A stretch of DNA of 64,000 bases from Candidatus Eiseniibacteriota bacterium (GTDB lineage: Bacteria; Eisenbacteria; RBG-16-71-46), in the NCBI GenBank assembly GCA_963717935.1, contig CAVQXP010000004.1, forward strand, positions 512,001 to 576,000, given 5' to 3'. This document shows positions 13,460 through 21,822 of the stretch, piece after piece (position 1 is the stretch's first letter; the number at the start of each line of letters is the position of its first letter). The notes under the pieces are model-generated. The model had not been told where the DNA came from. It was given only the letters and a program-made list of their open reading frames with translations, and searched no databases. The position numbers were made by a program, and so were the translations under genes.

Positions 13460-13481
13460 AGATGTGGAAAAAAAGACATCT
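13460..13481. promoter_or_regulatory. inverted repeat AGATGT-N10-ACATCT containing a consensus DnaA box; candidate operator
   Basis: AGATGT 13460-13465 and ACATCT 13476-13481. TGTGGAAAA at 13463-13471 is TTTTCCACA on the minus strand. AT-rich patch just upstream of the XRE gene. Confidence 0.45.
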
Positions 13482-13804
13482 TGGATTTGAGAGCGCAATG
13501 GGTCTGCCACCTCGCAAGGGCTCGAGTTCCAGGCTCTCCGGAGGAACGGCGGCCACGCTGAACGACCACAAACGCTCTCAATGCCCGGCCGGCACGATAA
13601 CGTCCGCCTTCCCAAGTGTTTCCAGGAGAACGCTTCGGACGCGGGCCTCGCGGGAGATCGGCTTCGGCGCCAGCCCGGGCAGAAGGTCGCGGACCTGGAC
13701 GCCACGCCCGGGCCGGGGCGTGCTCGAGCGCGGGGATTCGGGGTGTGCGGTGGGAGGGGGGCGCACGGCAGGGGCGCGATCCGCCCTGTGCTAGCCTCGC
13801 GTGC

Positions 13805-15076
13805 ATGCGTCCGCCCGATCCCGCGTCGGCCCCCGCCGCCGGGCCGCCCGATGCCCCGCCCGCGCCGCGCGGGCTCCCGGGCTTGCCGCGCAACGTGGTC
13901 GCGCTGGGCTTCGTCTCGCTGCTGACCGACGTCTCGACCGAGATGATCGCCCCGGTGCTGCCGCTCTTCGTGGTCGGCGTGCTCGGGGCTTCGATGGCGA
14001 GCGTCGGCGTGATCGAAGGCGTGGCCGAGAGCACGGCCGCGCTCATGCGGCTCGGTTCGGGCTGGCTCTCGGACCGCATCGGGCGCCGCAAGCCCTTCCT
14101 GTTCTTCGGTTACGGCATCTCGGCCGCGGCCAAGGCCGCGCTGGCGGTGGCGCTGTCCTGGCCCATGGTGCTGGCGCTGCGCTTCGGCGACCGCGTCGGC
14201 AAGGGACTGCGCAACCCGCCGCGCGACGCGCTCATCGCCGACTCGGTGGAGCCGCGCCACCTGGGGCGCGCGTTCGGCTTCCATCGCGGCCTCGACACGC
14301 TGGGGGCGGCCATCGGGCCGCTGGTCGCCTTCGCCATGCTGCGCGCCTTCCCGGGCGGGTTCCGCCGCATCTTCCTGCTGTCGGTGGTGCCGGCCGCGCT
14401 CTCGCTGGTGGTGCTCGCGGTGTTCGTGCGCGCGAAGCGCCACGAGCCCGCGCGTCTCACGGCGCCGCTCTTCGCCGAGGCCCGGGCCATGGGCGGTCCG
14501 TTCCACCGGTTCCTGCTCGTGGCCGGGCTCTTCTCGCTCGCCAACTCGAGCACCGCCTTCCTGCTGCTGCTCGCCGCCGACCGGTCGCACGGCGCGGGTT
14601 TCACGAGCGCGCAGGTCGTGCTGGTCTACCTGCTCTACAACCTGGTCTACGCGCTGCTCTCCTGGCCGGTGGGCGAGCTCTCCGACCGGATCGGCCGCCG
14701 CTCCATCCTGCTCGGCGCCTACCTGCTGTTCGCCGCGCTCTACGCGCTGCTGGCCTGGCGCGCCGGGGCCGCCCTCGTCATCGCGGGCTTCATCGTCCTC
14801 GGCCTGCACAGCGCGATGCTCGAGGCCTCGCAGCGCAGCATGCTCGGCGACCTGGTCGCGCCGGCGCGCCGCGGCACCGCCTACGGCCTCTACTACACGG
14901 TGATCGGCGTGGCGCTGCTGCCGGCGAGCGTCATCGCCGGCGCGCTCTGGGACCGGCTGGGACCGCGCGCGATGTTCGCGGTGGACGCGGCGATCGCGCT
15001 TCTGGCCGGGCTCCTCTTCGCGGTTCTCCTGCCATCGCGACGCGAGTACAGTGACCGCCATGTCCACGCTGGGTGA
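13805..15076 (+). CDS. MFS transporter
   Basis: About 12 hydrophobic segments. Motif A twice (SGWLSDRIGRRK, GELSDRIGRR). RNPPRDALIADS. Confidence 0.93.
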   Translation: MRPPDPASAPAAGPPDAPPAPRGLPGLPRNVVALGFVSLLTDVSTEMIAPVLPLFVVGVLGASMASVGVIEGVAESTAALMRLGSGWLSDRIGRRKPFLFFGYGISAAAKAALAVALSWPMVLALRFGDRVGKGLRNPPRDALIADSVEPRHLGRAFGFHRGLDTLGAAIGPLVAFAMLRAFPGGFRRIFLLSVVPAALSLVVLAVFVRAKRHEPARLTAPLFAEARAMGGPFHRFLLVAGLFSLANSSTAFLLLLAADRSHGAGFTSAQVVLVYLLYNLVYALLSWPVGELSDRIGRRSILLGAYLLFAALYALLAWRAGAALVIAGFIVLGLHSAMLEASQRSMLGDLVAPARRGTAYGLYYTVIGVALLPASVIAGALWDRLGPRAMFAVDAAIALLAGLLFAVLLPSRREYSDRHVHAG

Positions 15077-16109
15077 GCTGGGGGAGTTCGAGGTCATCCG
15101 CCGCCTGACCGCGGCGCGCCACGGCGCGGGGCGCGAGCGATCCCTTGCCGCGGACCCGCGCGCTGGCGTCGTGATCGGCAGCGGCGACGACGCTGCCGTA
15201 CTGCGCCCGACACCGGGCGCGGACCTGGTCGCGACGACCGACGCCTTCGTCGAGGGCGTGCACTTCCTGCGCGATTGGTGCCCGCCCCGCGTGGCCGGGA
15301 CGCGCCTCGCGCAGGCGAACCTGAGCGACCTCGCGGCCATGGCGGCGACGCCGCGCTGGGCCCTGCTCTCGATCGGCGCGCGTCGGGAGAGCGAGGTCGC
15401 CAGCCTGGCCGCCTTCCAGTCCGGGCTGTCCGAGACGCTGGGGGCCTCCGGTGCGGTGCTGGTGGGGGGGAACCTGACTGCGGTGGCGGGCGCGGAGTGG
15501 TACTCGCTGGCGCTGCTGGGCGAGTGCGAGCGCGGGCGCGAGTGGACACGCTTCGGGGCACGCCCCGGCGATCTGGTCGCGGTGAGCGGTCACCCGGGCC
15601 GCGCGGGCGCGGGCCTCGGGCTCGTCCGTGCGCTGGGCGAAGGGGCGCGCGCGCCGGAGTGGGCGCCGCTCCTCGAAGCGTGGCTCGCGCCGATGGCGCG
15701 CGTGACGCTGGCCCGCGCCCTGCGCGAGACCGGGGCCGTGACGGCGGCGATCGACCTCTCGGACGGCTTCGCCGGGGACCTCGGACACCTGTGCGAATCG
15801 AGCGGCGTGGGGGCCGAGGTGGAGGAGGCCGCGTGGCCGCAAGACGCGCTGCTCGCGCGCGCCGCGGCCGTCCTCGGGGTGGCGCCCGGGGCGCTCTGCT
15901 ACGGGCCGAGCGACGACTACGAGCTGTTGTTCGCCGTGGACCCTGCTGGGCGCGCCGACTGCGAGCGCGCTGCCGGCGCCGCCGGCGTGCCGCTGGCCTT
16001 CGTGGGGCGCTTCACCACGGCCCCCGGGCTGCTCTCGTTGCACGCCCCGGACGGCGTCGCGCGGGCCCTCGACCGCGCGGGCCACGACCACTTCGGGACC
16101 GCCGGCTGA
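15060..16109 (+). CDS. thiL: thiamine-monophosphate kinase
   Basis: GEFEVI, GDDAA, TTDAFVEGVHF, NLSDLAAM, IDLSDG, DDYEL. Confidence 0.93.
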   Translation: MSTLGELGEFEVIRRLTAARHGAGRERSLAADPRAGVVIGSGDDAAVLRPTPGADLVATTDAFVEGVHFLRDWCPPRVAGTRLAQANLSDLAAMAATPRWALLSIGARRESEVASLAAFQSGLSETLGASGAVLVGGNLTAVAGAEWYSLALLGECERGREWTRFGARPGDLVAVSGHPGRAGAGLGLVRALGEGARAPEWAPLLEAWLAPMARVTLARALRETGAVTAAIDLSDGFAGDLGHLCESSGVGAEVEEAAWPQDALLARAAAVLGVAPGALCYGPSDDYELLFAVDPAGRADCERAAGAAGVPLAFVGRFTTAPGLLSLHAPDGVARALDRAGHDHFGTAG

Positions 16110-16127
16110 CGGCTCGGCGGCGGCGCT

Positions 16128-16177
16128 GCCCGAGGAGCCCGGGGGTGCCGGCGGCCGGCGTGCCGGGCTCCTCGGGC
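16128..16177. terminator. hairpin between convergent thiL and ogt
   Basis: Perfect 15-bp stem GCCCGAGGAGCCCGG (16128-16142) / CCGGGCTCCTCGGGC (16163-16177). No U-tract. Confidence 0.5.
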
Positions 16178-16723
16178 TCAGGACGAGGGGAAGAGGCTCC
16201 CGGTTCGGCCGGCGGGGTGCGCGAAGCGGGCCTCGAGGTCCAGCAGCTTGCGCTTGCGGAGGAGGCCCCCGCCATAGCCCGCGAGACTCCCGTCCGCGCC
16301 GATGACGCGGTGGCACGGCACGATGATGGGGACCGGGTTGTGATTGTTCGCCAGCCCGACCGCGCGTGCCGCCCCGGGCTGACCGAGCGCCCTGGCGATC
16401 TGCCCGTAGGCGCGGGTCTCGCCGTAGGGGATCCTGCACAGCGCTCGCCAGACCCCGAGTTGGAACTCGGTCCCGGTGAGGTCCAGCGGGAGATCGAACC
16501 TCGTGAGGTTCCCGCAGAAGTAGTCGTCAAGCTGGCTCACGACCGGCTTGAGCTCGAGCAGCGACGGTTCCCACTTCGCGTCGGGGACGGCCTCGGCGTG
16601 GGCGGCGAAAGCCCGCTTGAGGCTCTTGCGCTCCAGGAAATCCACGAAGCGCAGGCCGCGCGCGGTGCGGGCCAGGAAGAGCAGCCCGAGGGGCGAGGAC
16701 ATGACATGGTAGGCGAGCCTCAC
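16178..16723 (-). CDS. ogt: methylated-DNA-[protein]-cysteine S-methyltransferase
   Basis: GTEFQ..VW..IPYGET..ARAVG..NP..IIVPCHRV..GYGGG..K..LL.LE. Confidence 0.95.
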   Translation of the reverse strand: MRLAYHVMSSPLGLLFLARTARGLRFVDFLERKSLKRAFAAHAEAVPDAKWEPSLLELKPVVSQLDDYFCGNLTRFDLPLDLTGTEFQLGVWRALCRIPYGETRAYGQIARALGQPGAARAVGLANNHNPVPIIVPCHRVIGADGSLAGYGGGLLRKRKLLDLEARFAHPAGRTGSLFPSS

Positions 16724-16770
16724 GCCTGCAAGCATAGCCGAGGCCGGAGCCAGGAGCCAACCGCAGACGC

Positions 16771-17454
16771 TCAGTCCTTCCCGAACGGCCCCCAGCGTCC
16801 CACGCGGGCGCGGTAGCTCCGGTATTCGTCGCCGAAGCTGGCCTCGAGCGCTGCTTCCTCGCGGACCACACGTGCCGACGTCGCGAGTGCCATCACGACC
16901 ACCAGCGGGAGCGTGACCGCGCTGCCGAAGGCCAGGACCGCGCCCAGGTTCGAGAGGCAGGCGCCGGCGTAACCGGGGTGGCGCAGCCAGGCGTAGACCC
17001 CGCCGGACTCGAGGGCGTGTTCGCGCTGCACCTCGATGACGGGGGAGAAGCGCGCGCCCAGCCGCTGCATGGCGAGGACGCGCAGGAGCAAGCCCGCGCC
17101 CGCCAGCGCCACGCCCGCCCAGCGCAGGATCTCGCCACCGGGAAGCGGCCAGACGCCGACGCGCTCGCTCCAGGCCGAGAGCATCGGGGTCAGGAGCGGC
17201 ACGAGCACCAGGGTGACGAGCACGAAGCGCTGATCCGCGCGCCGCTCCCGCGGGTCGCGCGCGCGGCGGCGGCCCCGCCCCGCGAGCGCCCCGTAGCCCG
17301 CCGCCCAGACGACGAGCAGCCCCACGGCGCGCGGGTGATGCAGCAGCGCGTGCGCGCCCCCGACGCCCACCGCGAGCAGTGCGGCGTCGAGGACCAGCAT
17401 GAGGGCGCTGCCGAAGAGCGAGAGCGCGGGATTCGGCGCGGCCGGCGCGGTCAC
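16771..17454 (-). CDS. isoprenylcysteine carboxylmethyltransferase / PEMT-family membrane methyltransferase
   Basis: LGARFS..H.L..GVYAWLRHPGYAG..REEAAL..FGDEYRSY. Confidence 0.85.
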   Translation of the reverse strand: MTAPAAPNPALSLFGSALMLVLDAALLAVGVGGAHALLHHPRAVGLLVVWAAGYGALAGRGRRRARDPRERRADQRFVLVTLVLVPLLTPMLSAWSERVGVWPLPGGEILRWAGVALAGAGLLLRVLAMQRLGARFSPVIEVQREHALESGGVYAWLRHPGYAGACLSNLGAVLAFGSAVTLPLVVVMALATSARVVREEAALEASFGDEYRSYRARVGRWGPFGKD

Positions 17455-18812
17455 TCGATCACCAACTCCAGCCTCTCCCAGTCGATCGTCATGCGCTGCC
17501 CGCTCAGGAACTCACTCGAGAGCAGCGCGTCGCGGCGCACGCCGTGCCGCCACAGCTCGGCGGAGTCGAGCGCGCCGGACCAGCCGGCCACCTTGTCCTT
17601 CACGACCGGGCCCACCGCGACGGTGGCCACCTGCACGCCAGCCCAGGAGTTCCCCTGGAGCCGGGCGCCGGCCGACCGCACGGCGCGCGCGATCGCGCCG
17701 GGCCGCACGCCGAATTCCTCGAACACCTCGGACGGGGCGCCCACGCCACAGCCGGGCACGGCGGTCTGGAGCACCATGGCCATGCGGCGCCCGTCGTTGA
17801 GCGAGCCGTAGACGGTGAGTTCCCGCTCGCCCCAGAGCTCGAACGGGATGCGCAGCGCCCCGGCGCTCGCGGGGATGGTCGCGCCCGCGGGCTGCAGGAC
17901 GAGCGCGCACTTGCGGTAGTCGAAGGTGGGCGTGAAGCGCGAGAGCAGGTTGAGCCCGATCACCCCGTCGACGCGCTCGCCGTCGGGATTGGCCTCGAGG
18001 CTCCAGCGCCGCAGGGCCGTGGCCGCGGCGGGGATGCGCTCGATCCGCAGCCTGCCCAACTCGAGGCGCTGCACCAGCGCCACGCGCGCGGCGACGCGCG
18101 TGCCGCCCCAGAAGACCGGCATCTGCTCGGGCATGAGCGTCACGCCGCAGCGCCGGGCCGCCGTGGGGTCGAGGACCAGGTCGGCGACACCCGTGTCGAT
18201 CGCGAGCAGCACGTTCTGTCCGTTGAGCTTCGCCTTCACGATCGGCACGGGCCAGCAGCGGATCCACGGGATCCGGACCGGACCGGCTCCCGCGATCCTC
18301 CAGGCGCCCTCGGGTTCGGTGAGCCGGCGCAGCAGCGCCGCGCGGCCGGGCTGTCCCGCCTGCTCGGCGAGCGCGGCGGCCTCCCCCCAGCGGCCGAGGC
18401 GCAGGCGCGCGGCGAGCAGGTCCTCCGTGGCGCCGTCCACGCGGCCCGCGACGGGCGCGAGCAGGCTCTCGGCGAGCGCGGGCGAGCCGCGGAAGAGGGC
18501 GATCTTGCCGAGCCCGGCCGCGGCGGTCTCGTCCCCGGGTGCGAGGGCGACGACGCGCGCGAACAACCGCCGCGCCTCATCGAGGTTCGCGAGCCTGAGG
18601 TGGGCCACCGCCAGGGAGTCCAGGTGGGCCGCCGCGAGCGGCCTGCCCACCGTGTCGCGTACGGCGAGCCGCAGGGCCAGCTGGGCGTCGCGGAACGAAG
18701 GGTCGGGCTGAAGCCAGTCGGCGCGGGCGGGCGCCGTCGGGGCCGAGGCCAGCCCCAGCGCCGCGACGAGCGCGAGGGCCGGGACGAGGAAGACGGGATG
18801 GATGCGCATCAT
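17451..18812 (-). CDS. secreted TPR + retropepsin-like aspartyl protease domain protein
   Basis: Signal peptide, TPR-like helices, PIVKAKLNG..LAIDTG and DGVIGLNLLSRF. Second lobe LNDG..MVLQTA..DALLSSEFL..TIDW. Confidence 0.75.
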   Translation of the reverse strand: MMRIHPVFLVPALALVAALGLASAPTAPARADWLQPDPSFRDAQLALRLAVRDTVGRPLAAAHLDSLAVAHLRLANLDEARRLFARVVALAPGDETAAAGLGKIALFRGSPALAESLLAPVAGRVDGATEDLLAARLRLGRWGEAAALAEQAGQPGRAALLRRLTEPEGAWRIAGAGPVRIPWIRCWPVPIVKAKLNGQNVLLAIDTGVADLVLDPTAARRCGVTLMPEQMPVFWGGTRVAARVALVQRLELGRLRIERIPAAATALRRWSLEANPDGERVDGVIGLNLLSRFTPTFDYRKCALVLQPAGATIPASAGALRIPFELWGERELTVYGSLNDGRRMAMVLQTAVPGCGVGAPSEVFEEFGVRPGAIARAVRSAGARLQGNSWAGVQVATVAVGPVVKDKVAGWSGALDSAELWRHGVRRDALLSSEFLSGQRMTIDWERLELVIE

Positions 18813-19987
18813 GCCTCCAGGAAGCGGCGGGCCACGCGCAGCAGCACCTCCGCGCCGATCTCGATGCAGCCTTCGTCCACGTCGAAGCGCGGATGGTGGT
18901 GCATGTGGGTCAGGCCCTTCTGCTCGTTGCGTGAGCCGACGGCCAGGAACGCGCCCGGCACTTCGTGCAGGAAGACCGAGAAGTCCTCGCCGCCCATGGT
19001 CCGGATGTCGGTGACCACGTTCTCGCGGCCCACCACCTCGGCCGCGGCCTCGTGGGCCAGTTCGGCCATGGCGGGGTCGTTCACGGTGGGCAGGTTGTGG
19101 CGCGTGTAGGCCACCTCGGCCGTGCAGCCCAGCGCTCCGGCCACACCGTGCACGATGCGCTCGAAGCGCCCGGGCAGCTCCCGCCACAGGGTGGTGTCGA
19201 AGGTGCGGACCGTGCCGTTCATCCACGCGCTCTCGGGGATGATGTTGAACGCGGTGCCGGCGCGCACCTGGGTCACGCTCAGCACCACCTCGAGCAGCGG
19301 GTCGGTGGTGCGGCTCGCGACGGTCTGCAGGGCGGTGATGACGTGGGCCAGGGCCACCACGGGGTCGATGCCCTGGTGCGGTGCGGCCGCGTGCGCGCCG
19401 CGGCCGGTGACGGTCACCGCGAAGTCGTCCACCGAGGCCATCCAGCCGCCGCGGGTCACCCCGACCTTGCCGACCGCGAGGTCCTGCCAGACGTGCACGC
19501 CGAAGGCCGCATCCACCTTCGGATCGCGCAGCACGCCGTCGGCGACCATGCCGAGCGCGCCGCCGCCCTGTTCCTCGGCGGGCTGGAAGCAGAGTTTCAC
19601 CGCGCCGGGGAGCGAGGGCGCCTGCCGCACGAGCTGCTTCGCGACGCCGAGCAGTCCCGCGACGTGGCAATCGTGGCCGCAGGCGTGCATCCGGCCCTCG
19701 GTCCGCGAGCGGTAGGGGACGTCGTTCTCCTCCTGCATGGGCAGCGCATCCATGTCGGCGCGCAGCAGGACCGTCCTGCCGGGGCGAGCGCCATGGACGG
19801 TGGCCACCACGCCCGTGCGGCCCACTCCCGTGCGCGGCTCCAGCCCCAGCGCGCGGAGCCGCTCGGCGACGAGCGCCGCGGTGCGCGTTTCCTCGAAGGC
19901 GACCTCCGGATGCGCGTGCAGGTCGCGACGGACCCCGACCATCTCCTGGACGTCGGTGGCGCTGAGGATGCGGCTTGGATCGTTCAT
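18809..19987 (-). CDS. M20D family amidohydrolase
   Basis: RRDLHAHPE, LRADMDALP, MHACGHD, FQPAEE, MGGEDF, HHPRF. Confidence 0.93.
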   Translation of the reverse strand: MNDPSRILSATDVQEMVGVRRDLHAHPEVAFEETRTAALVAERLRALGLEPRTGVGRTGVVATVHGARPGRTVLLRADMDALPMQEENDVPYRSRTEGRMHACGHDCHVAGLLGVAKQLVRQAPSLPGAVKLCFQPAEEQGGGALGMVADGVLRDPKVDAAFGVHVWQDLAVGKVGVTRGGWMASVDDFAVTVTGRGAHAAAPHQGIDPVVALAHVITALQTVASRTTDPLLEVVLSVTQVRAGTAFNIIPESAWMNGTVRTFDTTLWRELPGRFERIVHGVAGALGCTAEVAYTRHNLPTVNDPAMAELAHEAAAEVVGRENVVTDIRTMGGEDFSVFLHEVPGAFLAVGSRNEQKGLTHMHHHPRFDVDEGCIEIGAEVLLRVARRFLEA

Positions 19988-20088
19988 GAGGCCCCCCGTG
20001 CGGACCGCGCGCTCCGGGGATGGACCGCGCGAGCCCGCAGGCGGTCGCCATAGTAGCGCCGTGGCTCCGCGGGCCGCCACCGCGACCG

Positions 20089-20128
20089 GAAAACGGGGGC
20101 GGGCCGGGGGTGCTTCCCCGGCCCGCCC
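20089..20128 (-). terminator. intrinsic terminator after the OmpA gene
   Basis: 13-bp stem 20097-20109 / 20116-20128, followed on the minus strand by CCGTTTT. Confidence 0.6.
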
Positions 20129-20149
20129 GGCGTTCCCGTCTGTGGCGGC

Positions 20150-21658
20150 CTACGGCGTGGCCGTGGTGTCCGCGGGCACCGCCTCGTCCTGCTCCAGCAG
20201 GCGCCGGCGCTCGACTTCCTTCTTCAGCACTTCCTTGTTGAGCACCGTGAACTCGACCCGGCGGTTCTGCGCCTTGTTCTCGTCGCTGATGTTCGGGACC
20301 AGCGGCCGGTCCTTGCCGTAGCCCTTCACCGTGAAGCGCGTGCTGTCGAGCGCCGCGTACTTGTCCTTCATGTACGACAGCACCGACTCCGCTCGCAGGA
20401 GCGAGAGCTTCCTGTTCGGCGCCGCACCACCGACGTTGTCCGTGTGGCCGCCGACCTCGATCCTGAGCTGTGGCCACTGCGTCAGCAGGGTCCCGACCAC
20501 GTCCAGGGCCGGGAAGGACTCGGGCTGCAGGGTGGCCTTGCCGGAGTCGAACGAGATGTTCTGGAGCCGGATCTTGCCGGTGTCCATCAGCTCCGTCTCG
20601 CGCTCGATCAACTCGATCGGGCAGCCCCGCTCGTCCACCTGGAGGCCGGCCGGGGTGTCCGGGCACGCGTCCACGCCGTCGCAGACGCCGTCGCCGTCCG
20701 CGTCCAACGGACAGCCCCTCGCGTCCAGGGTGCAACCCGTCGGCGTGTCGGCGCACTGGTCGATGCCGTCCAGGACGCCGTCACCATCCGTGTCCGAGGG
20801 GCAGCCCTTCGCGTCCACCGTGGCGCCCTTCGGGGTGTCGGCGCACTGGTCCAGCCCGTCGCAGACGCCGTCGCCGTCCGCGTCCGTCTGGCAACCAGCC
20901 CCGTCCACGGTGCAGCCCTTCGGGGTGTCCGTGCACTTGTCGAGCCCGTCGAAGACGGCATCGCCGTCGGTGTCGATCGGGCAGCCCCTCGCGTCCACCG
21001 TCGCACCGCGCGGGGTGTCCGGGCACTTGTCACGGCTGTCGGGCACGGCGTCGCCGTCGGTGTCACGGCCCTTCGCGCCGATGGCGAGCGTCAGGCCGGC
21101 GCTCACCGTGAGGTAGTTCACGCTGGGCGCGCCCTGGGTCTCCTTGGGCAGCCAGTGGGCCTCGCGCGCCTCGAGCCTCACACCGAGGGCGTCGGTCAGC
21201 CAGAGCCGCAGGCCGCCGCCGGCTTCCAGCAGGCCCTGGTTGAAGTGGGCCGCGTCGCCCGAAACCGCGGCGGTCTCGGTCGCGCTCAGGCGACCGGCGC
21301 CCCCGCCGAGGAAGAAGTAGGGCCCGCCGACGCGGGTCGCCCATGGGCTCATGACCAGGTTCGCCGTGGCGTGGAGGAACGAAACGTTCGTCCCGCCCAC
21401 CAGGTCCTCGGCGGTGGGCGTCACACCGCCCGCCAGCTCGAGGGCCCACAGCGGCCCGCGCTGGTAGCCGAGCCGGCCGCCGACGTAGAGCTTGTCTGCC
21501 AGGGGATGGCCGTCGGGCCAGTTGAAATCGCCATCGAAGAGCGTGAAGCCCCCCATCGGGGACAGGTAGAGGTAACGCCCGACGGGATCCGCCGTGGCTG
21601 CCTGCGCCGCGAACAGGGCGACGACGGCCAGCAGCACGGGCCAGAGACGCGCGCGCAT
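20150..21658 (-). CDS. OmpA-family protein: N-terminal beta-barrel, five thrombospondin type-3 repeats, C-terminal peptidoglycan-binding domain
   Basis: AAGGAG RBS, signal peptide, DxDGDGVxDxxDxC repeats, GHTD..NRKLS..RA..GYG..NRRVEF. Confidence 0.92.
   Translation of the reverse strand: MRARLWPVLLAVVALFAAQAATADPVGRYLYLSPMGGFTLFDGDFNWPDGHPLADKLYVGGRLGYQRGPLWALELAGGVTPTAEDLVGGTNVSFLHATANLVMSPWATRVGGPYFFLGGGAGRLSATETAAVSGDAAHFNQGLLEAGGGLRLWLTDALGVRLEAREAHWLPKETQGAPSVNYLTVSAGLTLAIGAKGRDTDGDAVPDSRDKCPDTPRGATVDARGCPIDTDGDAVFDGLDKCTDTPKGCTVDGAGCQTDADGDGVCDGLDQCADTPKGATVDAKGCPSDTDGDGVLDGIDQCADTPTGCTLDARGCPLDADGDGVCDGVDACPDTPAGLQVDERGCPIELIERETELMDTGKIRLQNISFDSGKATLQPESFPALDVVGTLLTQWPQLRIEVGGHTDNVGGAAPNRKLSLLRAESVLSYMKDKYAALDSTRFTVKGYGKDRPLVPNISDENKAQNRRVEFTVLNKEVLKKEVERRRLLEQDEAVPADTTATP
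20615..21064 (-). repeat. five in-frame 90-bp (30-aa) TSP3 repeats
   Basis: DTDGDAVPDSRDKCPDTPRGATVDARGCPI and four homologous units. Confidence 0.85.
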
Positions 21659-21822
21659 CGAATTCTCCTTGGGTAAAGGGACCGCCCGGAGCGCGGTGGT
21701 TCCGCGCCCGGACGTCACAGACTTCGCGACGATACCGAGCGGAATGGGCGCTGGCAAGCGCCCGGCCCGGTCAGGGGGGCTGCGGCGCGGCCGGCGCCGG
21801 CCCGCGGCCCCCGCCCGCCCGG

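Noticed and set aside
13600..13800. TPP riboswitch upstream of MFS-thiL
   Set aside because: No CTGAGA / ACCTGA..TAATGC core seen, and the MFS gene appears leaderless.
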